DNA of 64,000 nucleotides. Origin: Eledone cirrhosa. Lineage: Eukaryota. Positions within the stretch are counted from its first letter, which is position 1, and each line of letters begins with the position of its first letter. The position numbers and the translations under genes are program-made. The DNA is taken from contig OZ024742.1 in the NCBI GenBank assembly GCA_964016885.1, forward strand, positions 118,854,001 to 118,918,000, written 5' to 3'. Below, piece after piece: positions 43,791 through 55,958 of the stretch. The notes beneath the pieces are model-generated. The model saw only the letters and a list, made by a program, of their open reading frames with translations. It ran no database searches and was not told the origin of the DNA.

Positions 43791-44369
43791 ATAAAAAAAA
43801 AGAAATATATATATAAGAATAACATTAAGAAAGATGTTGATGTTACATAAATCATTTATTCATAATAATTATTTGAACAGTTCTCTTATGCAATCCAAGA
43901 TGTAATTTATGCATTTATTGTTGTTATGAGAACGGTAACTTCACATGAAAATCCAATTTTGTGATATGCCCGGCTGACATATAAGTTCCTAAAGGGTCTT
44001 CCCAGCCGGTGTGTTTACAATATGTGTCAATTAGTGAATCTGGTTTCATGTACCCACCACAAAACTTTGGTCGTAAATTACCAAATGAATATCTTTTCAA
44101 TCATGTGGTGGAGTGGAGACATGTACCAGACATTAGTCTATGCATAGCTAGATAGTAGGAGTAATAAAAGGAATTTTGAGGGTGGGGCGATATAACCAGT
44201 GTGATGACAGTTATAGTCACGACAACAGCAACAACAACACTGACCACATCGTCTACATTGACTGCTGTAGCAGCAGTGATAACAATACACTATTAATGAC
44301 AACAGCTACATCAACACTAGACAGCCAAGACAATTACCACCTAAGCTAAGTACTTAGCGGTAACAACAA

Positions 44370-44665
44370 CATTTTTCCCTGCTTGCAAGGGTGGGACGGG
44401 AACTGATTCTGGCTTGATTTCTACAGCTGGATGCCCTTCCTAACACCAACCTCATTTACAGTGAGTGCTGGGTGCTTTTTTGCCGTGGCACCTCCACGAC
44501 CACTTTGCATATGGACCCCAGTCCCTATCATCTCATTTCTACAGCTGAGTAAACTGGAGCAATGTGAAATAAAGTGTCTTGCTCAAGGAAACAACACACC
44601 ACCCGGTCTGAGAATTGAACTCACAACCTTTCGATTGCAAGCCCAATGCTCTAACCACTAAGCCA
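44370..44665 (-). mobile_element. SINE family B
   Basis: Near full-length copy with a small internal deletion. Confidence 0.88.
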
Positions 44666-44673
44666 TTTACAGT

Positions 44674-44711
<38 letters not shown>

Positions 44712-45164
44712 ACTGTAAATGTGGTTGGTGTTAGGAAGGGCATCCAACTGTAGAAAACCTGCCAGACAGTCCTATGCGAGCAAGGCAATCACTCTTGCCT
44801 CAAGTGGGACTACTCCCGTCCAAACCCATGCAAGCGTGGAACACGGACGTTAAACGGTGATGATGATGATGATGATGATGATATATATATATATATATTT
44901 AATGTATAATAAACAATACAATATAATTACCTCATTACCAAACGTTTCCCGAATAAGACGAATACAAGAAACGCCCGCATTCGTTTGTCAGACAACGAAT
45001 GAATGAAGAACGAATGCGGACGTTTCTTGTATTCGTCTTATTCGGGAAACCTTTGGTAATGAGGTAATTATATTGTATTATTTATTATACATTAAATATT
45101 TAGCTCTGTAACTTACATAGAGCACTCTTCATTCCTCATTTATTTATAAAACTGCTCTATATTA

Positions 45165-45229
45165 TATTTAATCTGATGAAAGCACACCATAATTTAACTT
45201 GGTGTCCTTGAAATATGTATAATGAAATA
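45165..45229 (+). ncRNA. Minimal type-I hammerhead ribozyme motif
   Basis: Helix I UAUUUAAU/AUGAAAUA (7 of 8 pairs), CUGAUGA, helix II AAGCACACCA/UGGUGUCCUU, GAAA, helix III AUAUGUAU, triplet AUA. Confidence 0.72.
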
Positions 45230-45626
45230 AATATGGTTTTATAAATATAGTTTCCATTTGTTAATATATCATATTTTTACTCCAATTATTTGTCAAGTGC
45301 TTTATATCAGTTATAAAAATATTTGCTTGTTGTATCCCAACAATTTAAATAGAACTTCTACATATATATATATATAGAGAGAGAGAGAGAAAGAGAGGGG
45401 GTGGGGGTGTTAAACCCTACTGCAATGCAAAGTGGTTTCAGCTTGTGCTCAGCAAGACTTTTCCAGAAATGTACTGATGTGTGGTTTCCCCAGTCACAGC
45501 ATGACAGACTCTCTATACACACACACACACACTCATACATATATCTAAATCTATCTATCTCTCTCTAAGCGTGAACCTAATACCTAACACCATTCTTAAC
45601 TGTACTCCTTGTTGTTATTTACTTTT

Positions 45627-45664
<38 letters not shown>

Positions 45665-46253
45665 ACACCTAATTCTGTTTAATTGACTGTATCTGGGCGA
45701 TTACGCTGTCGAAATATTCGATAAATATTCCGTCACAGCCGACGCGAAGGGATAGTTTCGGTTATTTGTTGGAGATTTCTTCATAGAAGCCTTATTCTTA
45801 TAGCCTGGTCTATTCGATTTTTTATATAGTTAATTATGCTAATTGGGAGAGGAAATGGTATATATTTTATCTGGTGATTCTATAGACATGTTTTATGATA
45901 TATAGCTCTGATTATTTAATTTATTAACTCTTCATTGAGCCACAAAGTGACTCGTTGCAAAACACGTATATGTATATATGTATATATATATATATATGCC
46001 AAGTAAGTATGTTTTGAAACAGTGAGCGAGTTTGAAATTAGAAAATATATAGCTTTCACCGTATTTTTGACTAAAGGAATTTTAGCTTGATAACGGGGTT
46101 TAGAACCCTCAGATAAATGGAAAAAGATGAGTATTGACGTACGTCAATACTCATCTTTTTCCATTTATCTGAGGGTTCTAAACCCCGTTATCAAGCTAAA
46201 ATTCCTTTAGTCAAAAATACGGTGAAAGCTATATATTTTCTAATATATATATA

Positions 46254-46593
46254 TCATCATCATCATCATCATTTTTACATCCGCTTTTCCCTGCTTACAA
46301 GGGTGGGACGGGACTGATTCTGGCTTGATTTCTACAGCTGGATGCCCTTCCTAACACCAACCTCATTTACAGTGAGTGCTGGGTGCTTTTTTGCTGTGGC
46401 ACCTCCACGACCACTTTGCAGTGGAATGATATGGACCCCAGTCCTATCATCTCACTTCTACAGCTGAGTAAACTGGAGCAATGTGAAATAAAGTGTCTTG
46501 CTCAAGGAAACAACACATCACCCGGTCTGAGAATTGAACTCACAACCTTTCGATTGCAAGGCCAATGCTCTAACCACTAAGCCATGTGCCTCC
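46254..46593 (-). mobile_element. SINE family B
   Basis: Full-length copy adjacent to the RTE 3' end. Confidence 0.9.
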
Positions 46594-46621
46594 ATATGTA
46601 AACCTTTATATATATATATAT

Positions 46622-49600
46622 ATCATCATCATCATCATCAACGTTTTAACGTCCGTGTTCCACGCTTGCATGGGTTTGGACGGGGGTATTCCCACTTGAG
46701 GCAAGAGTGATTGTCTTGCTCGCATAGGACTGTCTGGCAGGTTTTCTACAGTTGGATGCCCTTCCTAACACCAACCACATTTACAGTGTGGGACTGGGAT
46801 GTTTTTACCGTGTTGCCTACACGGCCACATTACAGCGTGGACTGTGTGTTTTTTTGTCGTGACACCTACACGATCTCATTTGTTTCGGCCTGGATGTTGT
46901 GGCACCAACATAACTTTACATTGAAAGGGGTGGTGTGGATGGGGTGGGGGTGGTGGGACGGGGGTGTATTTTGTTAGAGATGCCTACTGGCTGTAGTAGG
47001 TTTTACTATGTATTTAGGTAAGGCGGGTCTTCTCTATTACTGAGTCCCGCCAAAGGTCTCGGTCCAGTGACATTGTCTTGGTGAGGTGTAAGTGTGTGAG
47101 GTCGGAGTTTATCAGCTCATCCCAGGTTTTTCTGGGTCTGCCTATTCCGTGGCTACCGTCTATCTTTATTGCCCTGCACTTTGTTATACAGCTATCGTCC
47201 TTCATGCGCATTACGTGACCATACCAACGTAGCCTTCTCTCGAGTAGACAACATCTGATCCCTCTTATTTCTAATTTTTTCCTTAGTTCGTTTATGCTTT
47301 GTCGTTCACGTATATTACTATTACACATCCAGCGGAGCATGCAAGCTTCGTTTCTCTCTAGTCTGCGTATATCTTCTGCACACAATGCCCAGGTCTCACT
47401 GCCATGCAACATTGCTGTTCCTATGCAGGCATCGTACAACCTGCCTTTCATTTTTAGGGAGAACCCTTTAGCGGCTAATAGTGGTATAAGCTCTCTGAAC
47501 TTTTTCCACCCAGTTCTGACTCTAGCTACTGTACTTTCAGAGCACCCTCCCCCACTGCTGATTTTGTCACCCAGGTAACGGAAGCTGTCCACTATTTCTA
47601 TAGAACCCTCTGCGCAGCTGAAAGAGCTAGTATTGTGTGGGCACTTGCTGCTACTTATTGCGCCGGAACACCGGCCACATGTAAAATCTATGTTCTTAGT
47701 TAGCTTACCTGTGATACCACTACATCTTTTATGCACCCAAACTTTGCATTTGGGACACAAAATGAAGTTTCTACCTACGCCTTTCCTACACACTGAGCAT
47801 GGCCATTTCCCGGAGGGGACCGCCGCCTTATTTTCTTTCTTACAAACTAGAACTTTAGTCTTAGCCAGGTTAATTTTAAGGCCTTTTGATTCTAGGCCGT
47901 GCTTCCATGTTTGGAATTTCTTCTCTAGCTCGGCCATTGATTCAGCTATGAGCATTAGATCATCTGCGTATAGGAGTTCCCATGGGCAGCCGGTCTTGAA
48001 CTCCACTGTTATAGCCTGGAGGGCAATAATAAATAGTAGGGGGCTAAGAACAGATCCCTGATGAACACCAACTTTTACACTAAACTCTTCACTATATTCG
48101 TTGTTAATTCTAACCTTACTGACTGTTTCTTTATACATGGCTTGTATAGCTCTCACAAGCCATTCATCAACACCTAGTTTTCTAAGAGCCCACCAGATGA
48201 TGGAACGGGGACTCTGTCGAAGGCCTTCTCCAAGTCGACGAAAGCTAAGTATAGGGGTTTACTTTTAGCTAGGTACTTCTCCTGTAGTTGTCGTACAATG
48301 AAAAGAGCGTCTGTGGTACTTTTTCCTGACACAAACCCGAACTGCATTTCATCTAGATCAATTCGCTCTCTGATTAGTTGCGCTATTACTTTTTCCGTGA
48401 CCTTCAAGACCTGGTCGATTAATTTAATGCCTCTATAGTTACTCCTATCTAGGGCATCTCCTTTACCCTTATAACAGTTAACGATGATGCTGCTACGCCT
48501 GTCCTTCGGAACAACCCCATTCTGTATGACTTGGTTGACTATCCGGGTGACCATGGTGTGTCCCACCGTACTAGATGCCTTCAGCATCTCGGCAACTATT
48601 TCCGAAGGCCCAGCCGCCTTGCCTGTCTTCATATCTTTGATTGCCGTACTTATTATACTACCCTCGACTAACACTGCTGGTCCCTCTATTGGGTCGATGT
48701 GGGGGAGACTGTCTTTCTCCCATTTATTCTCCTCATTTAGTGACACTTCCAAGCTACCTTCTTATCGGCGTCGGTGATGGCAAGTACGCCGTCATCGTTA
48801 AGTACACACTTCTCCCCGACAATATCAGTTTTCCTTGACACATTGCCTAGCAATCCTGAACACCTCACGTTTTTGGTCCTCATGTTGTAGAACATGCTTG
48901 AACTTTCTTTCCTCTGCTTCCCTTCTTGCGAAGTACACTTGTCTCCTAGCTTCCCTCCTGGCCACTTGATAGTCTTCTCTGCTTCCCCCATCCCGCCATA
49001 CTTTCCAAGCCTGCTTTTTGGCCTTAATTGACCCCTCCACCTTACTGTTCCACCACCATGTTACTCTCCTCCTGCCTACAGGCCTGCTCCAGCCACAGAC
49101 TTCGTCTGTCGCCGTCAGCAGGTTTGCTTTCAGGAATTCCCACTGTTCCTCTACCTTGTACGACTCTAATTGCTCTTCCTTACTGTCGAAAGCATCAAGT
49201 AATATGCTTTGGAATTTATTTTTGGCTGTGGGGTCCTTTAGCTTCCATATTTTTCTCCTGAGGATAGTCCTCTTCTGTTGTCTAGTACGTCTCGTCCTGA
49301 CTATTAGGTCGCTAATTATCAGTCTATGTTGGGAGGTGCATTCTTCATGGGGGAGGGATTTAGTGTTTACAACAGTCACTTTGTCACGTCTTCTGGTAAG
49401 GATATAATCTACCTGGCTGGTATATATCCCCTGATCTGTAGGTGATCAAGTGATTGTCACGTTTTTTGAAGTTAGTGTTGCAGATAGTTAGGTTATTTGC
49501 GTCACAGAATTCCAGGATTCTGGAGCCTTCCTCATTTCTAGTACCAAACCCATAGCCTCCATGGATTTCGTCGTAGCCGTCACAATGTTGTCCAACGTGA

Positions 49601-50885
49601 CCGTTTAGGTCGCCTGCAATAATTATATAGTCACTGTCGGTTATTTGGGAGGTAGTGAGCATCAGTGTCTCATAGAATCTGTCTTTTATAGTGCTGGGTA
49701 GTCCGGATTGGGGTGCGTACGCGGATATTACTGTCACCTTGGTTCTATGGAGGACAAGTCTTATTTTAATTATTCTGTCGTTCACTCTATTTACGTCTAT
49801 TATCTTATCTGCCCACTTTTCTGCTACCATGATTCCCACCCCACCCAGCCCATTGTCATTTCCCACCCAGAAAAGCTTATAGCATCGTTTTCTACCCACA
49901 ATGAATCTAGCAGATCCACCCCTCCACCTGGTCTCTTGAATACAACAAACATCGACCTCCTTACGTTCAAGCATTTCTACAACCTCGTTAGAGCGACCCT
50001 TTAAGGTGCCTACATTCAAGGTACCAAATCTGAAGTTTTGGATTGCGTTTGGGGGGTGGGAAAGGTGGGGAGCGGGGGGAGATGGGGTTGTGTTAGCCAT
50101 CCGCGGCCGAAACAAAGAGGCATGCTTGCATTCTCGTCCACGAGGTGTGTTTGTCTTTAACTTTGGCATTGTCGCTGAGCGTCCAGATTTTTCTCTCTTC
50201 AACTCTCCGGAACTCCGTAGTCCTTCCATCCTACATACCGAAGGCGACCAGGTAAGCGATAGTATAGGCCTCTGGCTTATGATTGGTCCACGTGATAATA
50301 ATGGTGGTGCGTGGGGGCGGGAGGGAGGGGTGTTGAGTTGTTAGCGAGAAGATTAGGTTTAAGTTAGATCCTAGTATTTAACGAACGTAAACAAAAATAC
50401 AAGATTTGTTTAGCAAAATACGCCAAAAACTTCCGTATTTTACAATCAGGACAAAATACAAGAGATTTGTTTTGGAGAATATAGGAGGAAATAGGTTTGG
50501 AAGGACTATGGAATTAAGCGGATGTTAGAAAGCTAGAAAAATGAGTACATTACATTTTACCATGAATGAATATCTGCCACAAATTGGCGAAAGTGAATTA
50601 CTTTATCTTATATCTGTATATGGATAGAGAGAGAGAGAGGGGGGGGGGGGGGTTGAACGCATGTTGTAGAGTGTGGTGGAGGGGGAGAAGATATTAAGGA
50701 GCGGGAATTAAGGGTTTGAAATAATAACAAATATATTTAAAATATTGTTAAGAGTTTGAAGTATCAAATATATTTAAAATATTTGTATATGAGAAGAATA
50801 GATTAGGTTTAAGTTAGATCCTAGTATTTAACGAACGTAAACAAAAATACAAGATTTGTTTAGCAAAATACGCCAAAAACTTCCG

Positions 50886-50892
<7 letters not shown>
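46622..50892 (-). mobile_element. Near full-length RTE-clade LINE (family 1): APE + RT with PHD-like insert, frameshifted
   Basis: ORFs 49384-50229 (APE: NVGTL, IQETRW, AYAPQ, AGDLNGHVG), 48825-49379, 48174-48752 (YRGIKL, QFGF, FVDLEKAFDRVP) and 47014-48156 (GVHQGSVLSP, YADD, RLRWYGHV). About four frameshifts. The 3' UTR ends in (GAT)n, and both ends abut (TA)n. Confidence 0.95.
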
Positions 50893-50936
<44 letters not shown>

Positions 50937-51995
50937 GGAGGCACATGGCTTAGAGCATTGGCCTTGCAATCGAAAGGTTGTGAGTTCAATTCTCAGACCG
51001 GGTGATGTGTTGTTTCCTTGAGCAAGACACTTTATTTCACATTGCTCCAGTTTACTCAGCTGTAGAAATGAGATGATAGGGACTGGGGTCCCTATCATTC
51101 CACTGCAAAGTGGTCGTGGAGGTGCCACGGCAAAAAAGCACCCAGCACTCACTGTAAATGAGGTTGATGTTAGGAAGGGCATCCAGCTGTAGAAATCAAG
51201 CCAGAATCAGTTCCCGTTATTTCATACTAATAACATTAGCGTTCTTTTTATGACACGATGTCACGCAGTAATACAGAGTACCCGACCTCCCATGGGTACA
51301 AGCTGAAACATATAGACAATATGCCCCACACCCTCCCACTGCAAGGTGGTCGTGGAGGTACCACAGCAAAAAAGCACCCAGCCCACACTGTGAAGTGGAT
51401 GTGTAGGTGCCACGGAAAAAAGCACCCAGCACTCACTGTAAATGTGGTTGGTGTTGAGAAGATTAGGTTTAAGTTAGATCCTAGTATTTAACGAACGTAA
51501 ACAAAAATACAAGATTTGTTTAGCAAAATACGCCAAAAACTTCCGTATTTTACAATCAGGACAAAATACAAGAGATTTGTTTTGGAGAATATAGGAGGAA
51601 ATAGGTTTGGAAGGACTATGGAATTAAGCGGATGTTAGAAAGCTAGAAAAATGAGTACATTACATTTTACCATGAATGAATATCTGCCACAAATTGGCGA
51701 AAGTGAATTACTTTATCTTATATCTGTATATGGATAGAGAGAGAGAGAGAGGGGGGGGGGGGTTGAACGCATGTTGTAGAGTGTGGTGGAGGGGGAGAAG
51801 ATATTAAGGAGCGGGAATTAAGGGTTTGAAATAATAACAAATATATTTAAAATATTGTTAAGAATTTGAAGTATCAAATATATTTAAAATATTTGTATAT
51901 GAGAAGAATAGATTAGGTTTAAGTTAGATCCTAGTATTTAACGAACGTAAACAAAAATACAAGATTTGTTTAGCAAAATACGCCAAAAACTTCCG

Positions 51996-52054
<59 letters not shown>

Positions 52055-53121
52055 GGAGGCACATGGCTTAGAGCATTGGCCTTGCAATCGAAAGGTTGTG
52101 AGTTCAATTCTCAGACCGGGTGATGTGTTGTTTCCTTGAGCAAGACACTTTATTTCACATTGCTCCAGTTTACTCAGCTGTAGAAATGAGATGATAGGGA
52201 CTGGGGTCCCTATCATTCCACTGCAAAGTGGTCGTGGAGGTGCCACGGCAAAAAAGCACCCAGCACTCACTGTAAATGAGGTTGATGTTAGGAAGGGCAT
52301 CCAGCTGTAGAAATCAAGCCAGAATCAGTTCCCGTTATTTCATACTAATAACATTAGCGTTCTTTTTATGACACGATGTCACGCAGTAATACAGAGTACC
52401 CGACCTCCCATGGGTACAAGCTGAAACATATAGACAATATGCCCCACACCCTCCCACTGCAAGGTGGTCGTGGAGGTACCACAGCAAAAAAGCACCCAGC
52501 CCACACTGTGAAGTGGATGTGTAGGTGCCACGGAAAAAAGCACCCAGCACTCACTGTAAATGTGGTTGGTGTTGAGAAGATTAGGTTTAAGTTAGATCCT
52601 AGTATTTAACGAACGTAAACAAAAATACAAGATTTGTTTAGCAAAATACGCCAAAAACTTCCGTATTTTACAATCAGGACAAAATACAAGAGATTTGTTT
52701 TGGAGAATATAGGAGGAAATAGGTTTGGAAGGACTATGGAATTAAGCGGATGTTAGAAAGCTAGAAAAATGAGTACATTACATTTTACCATGAATGAATA
52801 TCTGCCACAAATTGGTGAAAGTGAATTACTTTATCTTATATCTGTATATGGATAGAGAGAGAGAGAGAGGGGGGGGGGGGGGGGGGGGTTGAACGCATGT
52901 TGTAGAGTGTGGTGGAGGGGGAGAAGATATTAAGGAGCGGGAATTAAGGGTTTGAAATAATAACAAATATATTTAAAATATTGTTAAGAATTTGAAGTAT
53001 CAAATATATTTAAAATATTTGTATATGAGAAGAATAGATTAGGTTTAAGTTAGATCCTAGTATTTAACGAACGTAAACAAAAATACAAGATTTGTTTAGC
53101 AAAATACGCCAAAAACTTCCG

Positions 53122-53176
<55 letters not shown>

Positions 53177-53695
53177 GGAGGCACATGGCTTAGAGCATTG
53201 GCCTTGCAATCGAAAGGTTGTGAGTTCAATTCTCAGACCGGGTGATGTGTTGTTTCCTTGAGCAAGACACTTTATTTCACATTGCTCCAGTTTACTCAGC
53301 TGTAGAAATGAGATGATAGGGACTGGGGTCCCTATCATTCCACTGCAAAGTGGTCGTGGAGGTGCCACGGCAAAAAAGCACCCAGCACTCACTGTAAATG
53401 AGGTTGATGTTAGGAAGGGCATCTAGCTGTAGAAATCAAGCCAGAATCAGTTCCCGTTATTTCATACTAATAACATTAGCGTTCTTTTTATGACACGACG
53501 TCACGCAGTAATACAGAGTACCCGACCTCCCATGGGTACAAGCTGAAACATATAGACAATATGCCCCACACCCTCCCACTGCAAGGTGGTCGTGGAGGTA
53601 CCACAGCAAAAAAGCACCCAGCCCACACTGTGAAGTGGATGTGTAGGTGCCACGGAAAAAAGCACCCAGCACTCACTGTAAATGTGGTTGGTGTT
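50346..53695. repeat. Tandem triplication, units of 1110/1118/1122 bp
   Basis: Units start at 50346, 51456 and 52574. Each is LINE 5' UTR + (TA)n + SINE B + RTE family 2 tail piece. A few SNPs and microsatellite lengths differ between units. Confidence 0.95.
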
Positions 53696-54591
53696 GGGAA
53701 GGGCATCCAGCTGTAGAAAGCAAGCCAAAATCAGTTCCTGTATGAGCAAGGCATGGTCAGCCGACCAGACACTGCCTACAACAGGACAACCCATCTAACC
53801 CATGCTAGCATGGAAGAACGGACGTAAAACGGTGATGATGATGATGATGATGATGAATTTTCCTACTACAATTTATTACTCATATGTACATGAACTTCTG
53901 AATATTTTAGACACTCATGATATTAAAAATAGTTTTTATAACACATGAAAGAGGAAATGTACATAAGCAAGAGAACAGATACCTAGCTTGTCTGGGAGAT
54001 CAGTAGCCACTGCTTCAGTACTAACTTGGTCTATGTAGACCTGTCCAACCCTTGCTAACAGGGAAAGCAGACATTAAAACAATGATGATGATGATGATGA
54101 TGATGATTTGTATGAATGTAAGCTGTGTGGAAAAAAGATATGTAATATATAATTAGGGTATATTTGTAGGTTAAAGAACATATTTGGTGAGACACAGTTT
54201 ATGGCATTTATGATGAGAGGGAAAACTATTCCATCAAGTGAAACTAAAAATAAAAAAATATGATGAACATGATACAATCAATATGAGCTATTTTTAAACT
54301 CATACCATCCGATAATGATTTAGCAGAAACTGTCTAAAAAAATTGTTTGTTAAAATGTTTATAGCTTCTTTAGTATTGGATAGAAAATTGTGAAAATTTG
54401 CAAATATCAAAGTCAGGACTTCAATTTTTAATATGATATAGTCATAATGCTGTTTTATACTTTTCAAGAATGTTCTGCTAATACAATTGCATGTGGTACA
54501 GGATGTTAAGAGTTAATTTAAATTTATATTACACTATTTCAGATATGAATATGATTTAGTATTTGATAATAATGTAAAGTAAAATACTTAC

Positions 54592-54727
54592 CAGCTATTC
54601 CAGTTAATATTCTACCTCCAACTTTTTGAATTCGGCTACTGATTGTGTCTGCAAAAAAACTGCCCAGTCCAAATGTGACCATCAAGAATCCCAAATAAGG
54701 AACTCCTAGACTACATAAACTGGTTAT
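54592..54727 (-). CDS. UNC-93-like (UNC93A family) MFS membrane protein, internal coding exon (third from last)
   Basis: The minus strand has a tttcag acceptor (54728-54733) and a GTAAGT donor (54586-54591). The 136 nt exon encodes ITSLCSLGVPYLGFLMVTFGLGSFFADTISSRIQKVGGRILTGIA+G, resembling the UNC-93 'C.lG...vGyvm..fG...R' segment. It ends in phase 1, matching the next exon. No upstream exons were found in the window. Confidence 0.85.
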
Positions 54728-54849
54728 CTGAAAATTAAAACGTTCATTAAAATGTTTATTTTTCAACAATTAATTGATGTTATTTTTTTTTGGTTTTTAA
54801 TGATTTTTACTTTATAAAGCCAAAACAAATCTTTATGAATAATTCAAAA

Positions 54850-55112
54850 CAGAAAAGGAAAGGAAAGGCAAGGACTCTAGGGTCACAGAATGGAAGGGGG
54901 AAAGTGGAGGGTGATGGGCTCTAGGCATAGGGTGTGGCGGTGTTGGGGCTGCATCCCACAGACAACGACCAGCGACACAACCATCCCACCTCGCGGGGCT
55001 CCATCCTCAGATGGGCTGCTGATGTTCTGATCTTGCGGAAGAGCTTGGCAGTATATGGTCAAAGTGACTAAGTTGGCGGTGAAGAGCGTGTCACTAAATG
55101 TGGCATCCAAGA
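54850..55112 (-). mobile_element. Second, internally deleted CRE-clade remnant
   Basis: Has a DATFSDTL motif and shares gcccatctgagga, gtgtcgctgg and the tail gtgac.ctaga.tccttgc with 36471-36800. Confidence 0.6.
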
Positions 55113-55389
55113 AGTGGAGGAGGAGGAGGAGGAGGAGAAGGAGAAGAAGAAGAAGATTATAATTACATTAATTTTCTAATTAGATTTAAACTGAGCTTTT
55201 TTTTATAAATATTTATACTTCTATTTAGTCCACCATCATCGCACATTTGCCACTTTAAATCTGCTGATATTATCTATTGCTCACAACTCCTGCCAGAAGC
55301 ATTGCTGTTTTTCTAGTGACAGGAGAAGGGGTTTGAAGTCAAAACACACAGACCCAGAACATATACTGCAAAGCATTCTGTCCAATGAG

Positions 55390-55618
55390 TTAACCCTTTA
55401 GCATTTAAACCAGCTGTATCCAGCCAGAATTATCTCACCTCTTTATGTTCAAACCGGCTGTAACCGACCACTCATACTTATGTTAAGGTATTGTTCTCAA
55501 AATAAATAATATCAAAGTCTCGTAGATTCGATATTACGTGAGATAATTATGTGAGATAAAGTGTTTACTCTGAAAATACAATAGTAAATATAGAGTAATG
55601 TAAATGCTAAAGGGTTAA
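55390..55618. mobile_element. piggyBac-type MITE (TTAA TSD, TIR ccctttagcattta)
   Basis: TTAA-ccctttagcattta ... taaatgctaaaggg-TTAA. Confidence 0.88.
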
Positions 55619-55763
55619 CAATTTCACTAACCCACCACCTATAGACTATACCTTATCTATCATACACTGAAAAAGTGAAAGGCAAAATTGACTTCAGTGG
55701 GATTTGAACTCAGAACACAAGCACTGGAACAAATACTGAGGCATTTTGTCCGATACTCTAATG

Positions 55764-55958
55764 CAGCATTTCTCAACCTTTTTACCCTTATGGAACCCTT
55801 GAAATAGTTTTCATGTCTCAGATAACCCCTGCATAAAATTATTATATACCATTATTACTCAAAAATGCATTAGCTTATTTGTCACTGTTTCTTGTAGAAG
55901 CCCTAGCAACCTCTTGCGGAATCCTAGAATTCTGGGTAACACTAGTTGAGAAATGCTT
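55764..55958. mobile_element. hAT/Charlie-like MITE
   Basis: TIRs agcatttctcaac / gttgagaaatgct. A similar left end occurs at 59290. Confidence 0.65.

Noticed and set aside
47294-50344. Plus-strand ORFs overlapping the LINE (and minus-strand ORFs at 60541-62669)
   Set aside because: Shadow ORFs antisense to the RTE polyprotein.
50346-53695. Possible CRISPR-like or LTR structure from the repeated 92-bp block
   Set aside because: The intervening sequences are identical between units (a tandem duplication), the context is eukaryotic, and there are no TG..CA/PBS features or cas genes.
43472-53794. Recurrent short ORFs beginning MPFLTPT/MPFLTST or MSCSHRT
   Set aside because: Antisense frames of SINE B and RTE 3' UTR copies.
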